From positions 255,316,001 through 255,380,000 of the forward strand of contig OZ024741.1 of the NCBI GenBank assembly GCA_964016885.1: DNA of 64,000 bases. The letters are read 5' to 3'. Below are positions 25,201-37,200 of this stretch, in pieces. Source of the stretch: Eledone cirrhosa (lineage: Eukaryota). Numbering within the stretch: position 1 is the first letter of the stretch; every line of letters begins with the position of its first letter. Both the position numbers and the translations under genes were made by a program. A model generated the notes under the pieces. That model was given only the letters and a program-made list of their open reading frames with translations. It had not been told where the DNA came from and did no database searches.

Positions 25201-28200
25201 CCAGTGTTGTTGTAGTTGTTGATGTTTTCTGTGTCAATGCCAGTGTTGTTGTTGTTGCTGTTTTCTCTGTCAGTGCCAGTGTTGTAGTTGTTGCTGTTTT
25301 CTCTGTCAGTGCCAGTGTTGTTGTAGTTGTTGCTGTTTTCTGTGTCAGTGCCAGTGTTGTTGCTGTTGTTGCTGTTTTCTGTGTCAGTGCCAGTGTTGTT
25401 GTTGTTGCTGTTTTCTCTGTCAGTGCCAGTGTTTTTGTTGTTGCTGTTTTCTGTGTCAGTGCCAGTGTTGTTCTAGTTGTTGCTGTTTTCTCTGTCAGTG
25501 CCAGTGTTGTTGTAGTTGTTGCTGTTTTCTCTGTCAGTGCCAGTGTTGTTGTAGTTGTTGCTGTTTTCTCTGTCAGTGCCAGTGTTGTTGTAGTTGTTGC
25601 TGTTTTCTGTGTCAGTGCCAGTGTTGTTGTTGTTGCTGTTTTCTCTGTCAGTGCCAGTGTTGTTGTAGTTATTGCTGTTTTCTGTGTCAGTGCCACTGTT
25701 GTTGTTGCTGTTTTCTGTGTCGGTGCCAGTGTTGTTGTTGTTGCTGTTTTCTCTGTCAGTGCCAGTGTTGTTGTTGCTGTTTTCTCTGTCAGTGCCAGTG
25801 TTGTTGTAGTTGTTGCTGTTTTCTGTGTCAGTGCCAGTGTTGTTGTTGTTGCTGTTTTCTCTGTCAGTGCCAGTGATGTTGTAGTTGTTGCTGTTTTCTG
25901 TGTTAGTGCCAGTGTTGTTGTAGTTGTTGCTGTTTTCTGTGTCAGTGCCAGTGTTGTTGCTGTTGCTGTTTTCTCTGTCAGTGTCAGTGTTGTTGTAGTT
26001 GTTGCTGCTTTCTCTGTCAGTGCCAGTGTTGTTGTAGTTGTTGCTGTTTTCTGTGTCAGTGCCAGTGTTGTTGTTGTTGCTGTTTTCTCTGTCAGTGCCA
26101 GTGTTGTTGTAGTTGTTGCTGTTTTCTGTGTCAGTGCCACTGTTGTTGTTGCTGTTTTCTCTGTCAGTGCCAGTGTTGTTGTAGTTTTTGCTGTTTTCTG
26201 TGTCAGTGCCAGTGTTGTTTTTGCTGTTTTCTGTGTCAGTGCCAGTGTTGTTGTTGTTGCTGTTTTCTCTGTCAGTGCCAGTGTTGTTGCTGTTCCTATT
26301 TTCACTGTCAGTGCCAGTGTTGTTGTTGTTGCTGTTTTCTGTGTCAGTGCCAGTGTTGTTGTTGTTGCTGTTTTCTTTGTCAGTGCCAGTGTTGTTGTTG
26401 TTACTGTTGCTGTTTTCTGTGTCAGTGCCAGTGTTGTTGTAGTTGTTGCTGTTTTCTGTGCCAGTGCCAGTGTTATTGTTGCTGTTGTTGCTGTTTTCTG
26501 TGTCAGTGCCACGGTTGTTGCTGTTGTTGCCTTTTTCTGTGTCAGTGCCAATGTTGTTGTTGCTGTTTTCTGTGTCAGTGCCAGTGTTGTTGTTGCTGTT
26601 GTTGCTGTTTTCTGTGCCAGTGTTGTTGTTGTTGCTGTTTTCTGTGTCAGTGCCAGTGTTGTTGTAGTTGTTGCTGTTTTCTGTGTCAGTGCCAGTGTTG
26701 TTGTAGTTGTTGCTGTTTTCTGTGTCAGTGCCAGTGTTGTTGTAGTTGTTGCTGTTTTCTCTGTCAGTGCCAGTGTTGTTGTAGTTGTTGATGTTTTCTG
26801 TGTCAATGCCAGTGTTGTTGTTGTTTTCTCTGTCAGTGCCAGTGTTGTAGTTGTTGCTGTTTACTCTGTCAGTGTCAGTGTTGTTGTAGTTGTTGCTGTT
26901 TTCTGTGTCAGTGCCAGTGTTGTTGCTGTTGTTGCTGTTTTCTGCGTCAGTGCCAGTGTTGTTGTTGTTGCTGTTTTCTCTGTCAGTGCCAGTGTTTTTG
27001 TTGTTGCTGTTTTCTGTGTCAGTGCCAGTGTTGTTCTAGTTGTTGCTGTTTTCTGTGTCAGTGCCAGTATTGTTGTAGTTGTTGCTGTTTTCTCTGTCAG
27101 TGCCAGTGTTGTAGTTGTTGCTGTTTTCTGTGTCAGTGCCAGTGTTGTTGTTGTTGCTGTTTTCTCTGTCAGTGCCAGTGTTGTTGTAGTTGTTGCTGTT
27201 TTCTCTGTCAGTGCCAGTGTTGTTGTAGTTGTTGCTGTTTTCTGTGTCAGTGCCGGTGTTGTTGTTGTTGCTGTTTTCTCTGTCAATGCCAGTGTTGTTG
27301 TTGTTGCTGTTTTCTCTGTCAGTGCCAGTGTTGTTGTTGTTGCTGTTTTCTGTGTCAGTGCCAGTGTTGTTGTTGTTGCTGTTTTCTGTGTCAGTGCCAG
27401 TGTTGTTGTAGTTGTTGCTGTTTTCTGTGCCAGTGCCAGTGTTGTTGTAGTTGTTGCTGTTTTCTGTGTCAGTGCCAGTGTTGTTGTAGTTGTTGCTGTT
27501 TTCTCTGTGAGTGCCAGTGTTGTTGTAGTTGTTGCTGTTTTCTCTGTCAGTGCCAGTGTTGTTGTAGTTGTTGCTGTTTTCTGTGTCAGTGCCAGTGTTG
27601 TTGTTGTTGCTGTTTTCTCTGTCAGTGCCAGTGTTGTTGTAGTTGTTGCTGTTTTCTGTGTCAGTGCCAGTGTTGTTGTAGTTGTTGCTGTTTTCTCTGT
27701 CAGTGCCAGTGTTGTTGTAGTTGTTGCTGTTTTCTGTGTCAGTGCCAGTGTTGTTGTTGCTGTTTTCTCTGTCAGTGCCAGTGTTGTTGTAGCTGTTGCT
27801 GTTTTCTCTGTCAGTGCCAGTGATGTTGTAGTTGTTGCTGTTTTCTCTGTCAGTGCCAGTGTTGTAGTTGTTGCTGTTTTCTGTGTCAGTGCCAGTGTTG
27901 TTGCTGTTGCTGTTTTCTCTGTCAGTGCCAGTGTTGTTGTAGTTGTTGCTGCTTTCTCTGTCAGTGCCAGTGTTGTTGTAGTTGTTGCTGTTTTCTGTGT
28001 CAGTGCCAGTGTTGTTGTTGTTGCTGTTTTCTCTGTCAGTGCCAGTGTTGTTGTAGTTTTTGCTGTTTTCTGTGTCAGTGCCAGTGTTGTTGTTGCTGTT
28101 TTCTGTGTCAGTGCCAGTGTTGTTGTTGTTGCTGTTTTCTCTGTCAGTGCCAGTGTTGTTGTTGCTGTTTTCTCTGTCAGTGCCAGTGTTGTTGTAGTTG

Positions 28201-31200
28201 TTGCTGTTTTCTCTGTCAGTGCCAGTGTTGTTGTAGTTGTTGCTGTTTTCTGTGTCAATGCCAGTGTTGTTGTTGTTGCTGTTTTCTCTGTCAGTGCCAG
28301 TGTTGTAGTTGTTGCTGTTTTCTCTGTCAGTGCCAGTGTTGTTGTAGTTGTTGCTGTTTTCTGTGTCAGTGCCAGTGTTGTTGCTGTTGTTGCTGTTTTC
28401 TGTGTCAGTGCCAGTGTTGTTGTTGTTGCTGTTTTCTCTGTCAGTGCCAGTGTTTTTGTTGTTGCTGTTTTCTGTGTCAGTGCCAGTGTTGTTCTAGTTG
28501 TTGCTGTTTTCTATGTCAGTGCCAGTGTTGTTGTAGTTGTTGCTGTTTTCTCTGTCAGTGCCAGTGTTGTTGTAGTTGTTGCTGTTTTCTCTGTCAGTGC
28601 CAGTGTTGTTGTAGTTGTTGCTGTTTTCTGTGTCAGTGCCACTGTTGTTGTTGCTGTTTTCTGTGTCAGTGCCAGTGTTGTTGTTGTTGCTGTTTTCTCT
28701 GTCAGTGCCAGTGTTGTTGTTGCTGTTTTCTCTGTCAGTGCCAGTGTTGTTGTTGCTGTTTTCTGTGTTAGTGCCATTGTTATTGCTGTTGTTGCTGTTT
28801 TCTCTGTCAGTGCCAGTGTTGTTGTTGCTGTTGTTGCTGTTGCTGTTTTCTCTGTCAGTGCCAGTGCTGTTGTAGTTGTTGCTGTTTTCTCTGTCAGTGC
28901 CAGTGTTGTAGTTGTTGCTGTTTTCTGTGTCAGTGCCAGTGTTGTTGTTGTTGCTGTTTTCTCTGTCAGTGCCAGTGTTGTTGTAGTTGTTGCTGTTTTC
29001 TCTGTCAGTGCCAGTGTTGTTGTAGTTGTTGCTGTTTTCTGTGTCAGTGCCAGTGTTGTTGTTGTTGCTGTTTTCTCTGTCAGTGCCAGTGTTGTTGTAG
29101 TTGTTGCTGTTTTCTGTGTCAGTGCCAGTGTTGTTGTAGTTGTTGCCGTTTTCTCTGTCAGTGCCAGTGTTGTTGTAGTTGTTGCTGTTTTCTGTGTCAG
29201 TGCCAGTGTTGTTGTTGCTGTTTTCTCTGTCAGTGCCAGTGTTGTTGTAGCTGTTGCTGTTTTCTCTGTCAGTGCCAGTGATGTTGTAGTTGTTGCTGTT
29301 TTCTCTGTCAGTGCCAGTGTTGTAGTTGTTGCTGTTTTCTGTGTCAGTGCCAGTGTTGTTGCTGTTGCTGTTTTCTCTGTCAGTGCCAGTGTTGTTGTAG
29401 TTGTTGCTGCTTTCTCTGTCAGTGCCAGTGTTGTTGTAGTTGTTGCTGTTTTCTGTGTCAGTGCCAGTGTTGTTGTTGTTGCTGTTTTCTCTGTCAGTGC
29501 CAGTGTTGTTGTAGTTTTTGCTGTTTTCTGTGTCAGTGCCAGTGTTGTTGTTGCTGTTTTCTGTGTCAGTGCCAGTGTTGTTGTTGTTGCTGTTTTCTCT
29601 GTCAGTGCCAGTGTTGTTGTTGCTGTTTTCTCTGTCAGTGCCAGTGTTGTTGTAGTTGTTGCTGTTTTCTCTGTCAGTGCCAGTGTTGTTGTAGTTGTTG
29701 CTGTTTTCTGTGTCAATGCCAGTGTTGTTGTTGTTGCTGTTTTCTCTGTCAGTGCCAGTGTTGTAGTTGTTGCTGTTTTCTCTGTCAGTGCCAGTGTTGT
29801 TGTAGTTGTTGCTGTTTTCTGTGTCAGTGCCAGTGTTGTTGCTGTTGTTGCTGTTTTCTGTGTCAGTGCCAGTGTTGTTGTTGTTGCTGTTTTCTCTGTC
29901 AGTGCCAGTGTTTTTGTTGTTGCTGTTTTCTGTGTCAGTGCCAGTGTTGTTCTAGTTGTTGCTGTTTTCTGTGTCAGTGCCAGTGTTGTTGTAGTTGTTG
30001 CTGTTTTCTCTGTCAGTGCCAGTGTTGTTGTAGTTGTTGCTGTTTTCTCTGTCAGTGCCAGTGTTGTTGTAGTTGTTGCTGTTTTCTGTGTCAGTGCCAC
30101 TGTTGTTGTTGCTGTTTTCTGTGTCAGTGCCAGTGTTGTTGTTGTTGCTGTTTTCTCTGTCAGTGCCAGTGTTGTTGTTGCTGTTTTCTCTGTCAGTGCC
30201 AGTGTTGTTGTTGCTGTTTTCTGTGTCAGTGCCATTTTTATTGCTGTTGTTGCTGTTTTCTCTGTCAGTGCCAGTGTTGTTGTTGCTGTTGTTGCTGTTG
30301 CTGTTTTCTCTGTCAGTGCCAGTGCTATTGTAGTTGTTGCTGTTTTCTCTGTCAGTGCCAGTGTTGTAGTTGTTGCTGTTTTCTGTGTCAGTGCCAGTGT
30401 TGTTGTTGTTGCTGTTTTCTCTGTCAGTGCCAGTGTTGTTGTAGTTGTTGCTGTTTTCTCTGTCAGTGCCAGTGTTGTTGTAGTTGTTGCTGTTTTCTGT
30501 GTCAGTGCCAGTGTTGTTGTTGTTGCTGTTTTCTCTGTCAGTGCCAGTGTTGTTGTAGTTGTTGCTGTTTTCTGTGTCAGTGCCAGTGTTGTTGTAGTTG
30601 TTGCCGTTTTCTCTGTCAGTGCCAGTGTTGTTGTAGTTGTTGCTGTTTTCTGTGTCAGTGCCAGTGTTGTTGTTGCTGTTTTCTCTGTCAGTGCCAGTGT
30701 TGTAGTTGTTGCTGTTTTCTCTGTCAGTGCCAGTGTTGTTGTTGTTGTTGCTGTTTTCTCTGTCAGTGCCAGTGTTGTTGTTGTTGTTGCTGTTTTCTCT
30801 GTCAGTGCCAGTGTTGTTGTTGTTGCTATTTTCACTGTCAGTGCCAGTGTTGTTGTTGTTGCTATTTTCACTATCAGTGCCAGTGTTGTTGTTGTTGCTA
30901 TTTTCACTGTCAGTGCCAGTGTTGTTGTTGTTACTGTTGCTGTTTTCTGTGTCAGTGCCAGTGTTGTTGTTGTTACTGTTGCTGTTTCCTGTGCCACTGC
31001 CAGTGTTATTGTTGCTGTTGTTGCTGTTTTGTCTGTCAGTGCCAGTGTTGTAGTTGTTGCTGTTTTCTCTGTCAGTGCCAGTGTTGTTGTAGTTGTTGCT
31101 GTTTTATGTGTCAGTGCCAGTGTTGTTGTTGTTGCTGTTTTCTGTGTCAGTGCCAGTGTTGTTGTTGTTGCTATTTTCACTGTCAGTGCCAGTGTTGTTG

Positions 31201-34200
31201 CTGTTGCTGTTTTCTCTGTCAGTGCCAGTGATGTTGTAGTTGTTGCTGTTTTCTGTGTTAGTGCCAGTGTTGTTGTAGTTGTTGCTGTTTTCTGTGTCAG
31301 TGCCAGTGTTGTTGCTGTTGCTGTTTTCTCTGTCAGTGCCAGTGTTGTTGTAGTTGTTGCTGTTTTCTGTGTTAGTGCCAGTGTTGTTGTAGTTGTTGCT
31401 GTTTTCTGTGTCAGTGACAGTGTTGTTGCTGTTGCTGTTTTCTGTGTCAGTGCCACTGTTGTTGTTGCTGTTTTCTGTGTCTGTGCCAGTGTTGTTGTTG
31501 TTGCTGTTTTCTCTGTCAGTGCCAGTGTTGTTGTTGCTGTTTTCTCTGTCAGTGTCAGTGTTGTTGTAGTTGTTGCTGTTTTTTGTGTCAGTGCCAGTGT
31601 TGTTATAGTTGTTGCTGTTTTCTCTGTCAGTGCCAGTGTTGTAGTTGTTGCTGTTTTCTCTGTCAGTGCCAGTGTTGTTGTAGTTGTTGCTGTTTTCTGT
31701 GTCAGTGCCAGTGTTGTTGTTGTTGCTGTTTTCTGTGTCAGTGCCAGTGTTGTTGTTGTTGCTATGTTCACTGTCAGTGCCAGTGTTGTTGCTGTTGCTG
31801 TTTTCTCTGTCAGTGCCAGTGATGTTGTAGTTGTTGCTGTTTTCTGTGTTAGTGCCAGTGTTGTTGTAGTTGTTGCTGCTTTCTGTGTCAGTGCCAGTGT
31901 TGTTGCTGTTGCTGTTTTCTTTGTCAATGCCAGTGTTGTTGTAGTTGTTGCTGCTTTCTCTGTCAGTGCCAGTGTTGTTGTAGTTGTTGCTGTTTTCTGT
32001 GTCAGTGCCAGTGTTGTTGTAGTTGTTGCTGTTTTCTGTGTCAGTGCCAGTGTTGTTGTTGTTGATGTTTTCTCTGTCAGTGCCAGTGTTGTTGTAGTTG
32101 TTGCTGTTTTCTGTGTCAGTGCCACTGTTGTTGTTGCTGTTTTCTCTGTCAGTGCCAGTGTTGTTGCTGTTGCTATTTTCACTGTCAGTGCCAGTGTTGT
32201 TGTTGTTGCTGTTTTCTGTGTCAGTGCCAGTGTTGTTGTTGTTGCTGTTTTCTTTGTCAGTGCCAGTGTTGTTGTTGTTACTGTTGCTGTTTTCTGTGTC
32301 AGTTCCAGTGTTGCTGTTGCTGTTTTCTGTGCCAGTGCCAGTGTTATTGTTGCTGTTGTTGTTGTTTTCTGTGTCAGTGCCACGGTTGTTGTTGCTGTTG
32401 TTGCTGTTTTCTGTGTCAGTGTCAGTGTTGTTGTTGCTGTTTTCTGTGTCAGTGCCAGTGTTGTTGTTGCTGTTGTTGCTGTTTTCTGTGCCAGTGTTGT
32501 TGTAGTTGTTGCTGTTTTGTGTGTCAGTGCCGGTGTTGTTGTTGTTGCTGTTTTCTCTGTCAGTGCCAGTGTTGTTGTTGTTGCTGTTTTCTCTGTCAGT
32601 GCCAGTGTTGTTGTTGTTGCTGTTTTCTGTGTCAGTGCCAGTGTTGTTGTAGTTGTTGCTGTTTTCTGTGTCAGTGCCAGTGTTGTTGTAGTTGTTGCTG
32701 TTTTCTGTGTCAGTGCCAGTGTTGTTGTAGTTGTTGCTGTTTTCTCTGTCAGTGCCAGTGTTGTTGTAGTTGTTGCTGTTTTCTCTGTCAGTGCCAGTGT
32801 TGTTGTAGTTGTTGATGTTTTCTGTGTCAATGCCAGTGTTGTTGTTGTTGCTGTTTTCTCTGTCAGTGCCAGTGTTGTAGTTGTTGCTGTTTTCTCTGTC
32901 AGTGCCAGTGTTGTAGTTGTTGCTGTTTTATGTGTCAGTGCCAGTGTTGTTGCTGTTGTTGCTGTTTTCTGTGTCAGTGCCAGTGTTGTTGTTGTTGCTG
33001 TTTTCTCTGTCAGTGCCAGTGTTTTTGTTGTTGCTGTTTTCTGTGTCAGTGCCAGTGTTGTTCTAGTTGTTGCTGTTTTCTGTGTCAGTGCCAGTGTTGT
33101 TGTAGTTGTTGCTGTTTTCTCTGTCAGTGCCAGTGTTGTTGTAGTTGTTGCTGTTTTCTCTGTCAGTGCCAGTGTTGTTGTAGTTGTTGCTGTTTTCTGT
33201 GTCAGTGCCAGTGTTGTTGTTGTTGCTGTTTTCTCTGTCAGTGCCAGTGTTGTTGTAGTTGTTGCTGTTTTCTGTGTCAGTGCCACTGTTGTTGTTGCTG
33301 TTTTCTCTGTCAGTGCCAGTGTTGTTGTAGTTGTTGCTGTTTTCTGTGTCAGTGCCAGTGTTGTTGTTGTTGCTGTTTTCTCTGTCAGTGCCAGTGATGT
33401 TGTAGTTGTTGCTGTTTTCTGTGTTAGTGCCAGTGTTGTTGTAGTTGTTGCTGTTTTCTGTGTCAGTGCCAGTGTTGTTGCTGTTGCTGTTTTCTCTGTC
33501 AGTGTCAGTGTTGTTGTAGTTGTTGCTGCTTTCTCTGTCAGTGCCAGTGTTGTTGTAGTTGTTGCTGTTTTCTGTGTCAGTGCCAGTGTTGTTGTTGTTG
33601 CTGTTTTCTCTGTCAGTGCCAGTGTTGTTGTAGTTGTTGCTGTTTTCTGTGTCAGTGCCACTGTTGTTGTTGCTGTTTTCTCTGTCAGTGCCAGTGTTGT
33701 TGTAGTTTTTGCTGTTTTCTGTGTCAGTGCCAGTGTTGTTTTTGCTGTTTTCTGTGTCAGTGCCAGTGTTGTTGTTGTTGCTGTTTTCTCTGTCAGTGCC
33801 AGTGTTGTTGCTGTTGCTATTTTCACTGTCAGTGCCAGTGTTGTTGTTGTTGCTGTTTTCTGTGTCAGTGCCAGTGTTGTTGTTGTTGCTGTTTTCTTTG
33901 TCAATGCCAGTGTTGTTGTTGTTACTGTTGCTGTTTTCTGTGTCAGTGCCAGTGTTGTTGTAGTTGTTGCTGTTTTCTGTGCCAGTGCCAGTGTTATTGT
34001 TGCTGTTGTTGCTGTTTTCTGTGTCAGTGCCACAGTTGTTGCTGTTGTTGCTGTTTTCTGTGTCAGTGCCAGTGTTGTTGTTGCTGTTTTCTGTGTCAGT
34101 GCCAGTGTTGTTGTTGCTGTTGTTGCTGTTTTCTGTGCCAGTGTTGTTGTAGTTGTTGCTGTTTTCTGTGTCAGTGCCAGTGTTGTTGTTGTTGCTGTTT
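7080..34200. repeat. Higher-order duplication: about 7.1-18.6 kb is repeated at about 22.6-34.2 kb (offset about 15.5 kb); boundaries approximate
   Basis: Matching variant-defined ORF landmarks at near-constant offsets: 9443/24926, 10705/26188, 11378/26861, 11746/27229, 13132/28615 and 14590/30073 (all +15483); 7705/23203 (+15498); 16025/31583, 16961/32519 and 18151/33709 (+15558). Confidence 0.9.
12250..15150. repeat. Tandem duplication with 1458-bp period, also present in the second large copy at about 27.7-30.7 kb; boundaries approximate
   Basis: Landmarks 13132/14590 and 28615/30073, both +1458. Confidence 0.85.
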
Positions 34201-37200
34201 TCTCTGTCAGTGCCAGTGTTGTTGTTGCTGTTTTCTCTGTCAGTGCCAGTGTTGTTGTTGCTGTTTTCTGTGTCAGTGCCATTGTTATTGCTGTTGTTGC
34301 TGTTTTCTCTGTCAGTGCCAGTGTTGTTGTTGCTGTTGTTGCTGTTGCTGTTTTCTCTGTCAGTGCCAGTGCTGTTGTAGTTGTTGCTGTTTTCTCTGTC
34401 AGTGCCAGTGTTGTAGTTGTTGCTGTTTTCTGTGTCAGTGCCAGTGTTGTTGTTGTTGCTGTTTTCTCTGTCAGTGCCAGTGTTGTTGTAGTTGTTGCTG
34501 TTTTCTCTGTCAGTGCCAGTGTTGTTGTAGTTGTTGCTGTTTTCTGTGTCAGTGCCAGTGTTGTTGTTGTTGCTGTTTTCTCTGTCAGTGCCAGTGTTGT
34601 TGTAGTTGTTGCTGTTTTCTGTGTCAGTGCCAGTGTTGTTGTAGTTGTTGCCGTTTTCTCTGTCAGTGCCAGTGTTGTTGTAGTTGTTGCTGTTTTCTGT
34701 GTCAGTGCCAGTGTTGTTGTTGCTGTTTTCTCTGTCAGTGCCAGTGTTGTAGTTGTTGCTGTTTTCTCTGTCAGTGCCAGTGTTGTTGTTGTTGTTGCTG
34801 TTTTCTCTGTCAGTGCCAGTGTTGTTGTTGTTGTTGCTGTTTTCTCTGTCAGTGCCAGTGTTGTTGTTGTTGCTATTTTCACTGTCAGTGCCAGTGTTGT
34901 TGTTGTTGCTATTTTCACTATCAGTGCCAGTGTTGTTGTTGTTGCTATTTTCACTGTCAGTGCCAGTGTTGTTGTTGTTACTGTTGCTGTTTTCTGTGTC
35001 AGTGCCAGTGTTGTTGTTGTTACTGTTGCTGTTTCCTGTGCCACTGCCAGTGTTATTGTTGCTGTTGTTGCTGTTTTGTCTGTCAGTGCCAGTGTTGTAG
35101 TTGTTGCTGTTTTCTCTGTCAGTGCCAGTGTTGTTGTAGTTGTTGCTGTTTTATGTGTCAGTGCCAGTGTTGTTGTTGTTGCTGTTTTCTGTGTCAGTGC
35201 CAGTGTTGTTGTTGTTGCTATTTTCACTGTCAGTGCCAGTGTTGTTGCTGTTGCTGTTTTCTCTGTCAGTGCCAGTGATGTTGTAGTTGTTGCTGTTTTC
35301 TGTGTTAGTGCCAGTGTTGTTGTAGTTGTTGCTGTTTTCTGTGTCAGTGCCAGTGTTGTTGCTGTTGCTGTTTTCTCTGTCAGTGCCAGTGTTGTTGTAG
35401 TTGTTGCTGTTTTCTGTGTTAGTGCCAGTGTTGTTGTAGTTGTTGCTGTTTTCTGTGTCAGTGACAGTGTTGTTGCTGTTGCTGTTTTCTGTGTCAGTGC
35501 CACTGTTGTTGTTGCTGTTTTCTGTGTCTGTGCCAGTGTTGTTGTTGTTGCTGTTTTATCTGTCAGTGCCAGTGTTGTTGTTGCTGTTTTCTCTGTCAGT
35601 GTCAGTGTTGTTGTAGTTGTTGCTGTTTTTTGTGTCAGTGCCAGTGTTGTTATAGTTGTTGCTGTTTTCTCTGTCAGTGCCAGTGTTGTAGTTGTTGCTG
35701 TTTTCTCTGTCAGTGCCAGTGTTGTTGTAGTTGTTGCTGTTTTCTGTGTCAGTGCCAGTGTTGTTGTTGTTGCTGTTTTCTGTGTCAGTGCCAGTGTTGT
35801 TGTTGTTGCTATTTTCACTGTCAGTGCCAGTGTTGTTGCTGTTGCTGTTTTCTCTGTCAGTGCCAGTGATGTTGTAGTTGTTGCTGTTTTCTGTGTTAGT
35901 GCCAGTGTTGTTGTAGTTGTTGCTGCTTTCTGTGTCAGTGCCAGTGTTGTTGCTGTTGCTGTTTTCTTTGTCAATGCCAGTGTTGTTGTAGTTGTTGCTG
36001 CTTTCTCTGTCAGTGCCAGTGTTGTTGTAGTTGTTGCTGTTTTCTGTGTCAGTGCCAGTGTTGTTGTAGTTGTTGCTGTTTTCTGTGTCAGTGCCAGTGT
36101 TGTTGTTGTTGATGTTTTCTCTGTCAGTGCCAGTGTTGTTGTAGTTGTTGCTGTTTTCTGTGTCAGTGCCACTGTTGTTGTTGCTGTTTTCTCTGTCAGT
36201 GCCAGTGTTGTTGCTGTTGCTATTTTCACTGTCAGTGCCAGTGTTGTTGTTGTTGCTGTTTTCTGTGTCAGTGCCAGTGTTGTTGTTGTTGCTGTTTTCT
36301 TTGTCAGTGCCAGTGTTGTTGTTGTTACTGTTGCTGTTTTCTGTGTCAGTTCCAGTGTTGCTGTTGCTGTTTTCTGTGCCAGTGCCAGTGTTATTGTTGC
36401 TGTTGTTGTTGTTTTCTGTGTCAGTGCCACGGTTGTTGTTGCTGTTGTTGCTGTTTTCTTTGTCAGTGTCAGTGTTGTTGTTGCTGTTTTCTGTGTCAGT
36501 GCCAGTGTTGTTGTTGCTGTTGTTGCTGTTTTCTGTGCCAGTGTTGTTGTAGTTGTTGCTGTTTTGTGTGTCAGTGCCGGTGTTGTTGTTGTTGCTGTTT
36601 TCTCTGTCAGTGCCAGTGTTGTTGTTGTTGCATTTTTCTCTGTCAGTGCCAGTGTTGTTGTTGTTGCTGTTTTCTGTGTCAGTGCCAGTGTTGTTGTAGT
36701 TGTTGCTGTTTTCTGTGTCAGTGCCAGTGTTGTTGTAGTTGTTGCTGTTTTCTGTGTCAGTGCCAGTGTTGTTGTAGTTGTTGCTGTTTTCTCTGTCAGT
36801 GCCAGTGTTGTTGTAGTTGTTGCTGTTTTCTCTGTCAGTGCCAGTGTTGTTGTAGTTGTTGATGTTTTCTGTGTCAATGCCAGTGTTGTTGTTGTTGCTG
36901 TTTTCTCTGTCAGTGCCAGTGTTGTAGTTGTTGCTGTTTTCTCTGTCAGTGCCAGTGTTGTAGTTGTTGCTGTTTTCTGTGTCAGTGCCAGTGTTGTTGC
37001 TGTTGTTGCTGTTTTCTGTGTCAGTGCCAGTGTTGTTGTTGTTGCTGTTTTCTCTGTCAGTGCCAGTGTTTTTGTTGTTGCTGTTTTCTGTGTCAGTGCC
37101 AGTGTTGTTCTAGTTGTTGCTGTTTTCTGTGTCAGTGCCAGTGTTGTTGTAGTTGTTGCTGTTTTCTCTGTCAGTGCCAGTGTTGTTGTAGTTGTTGCTG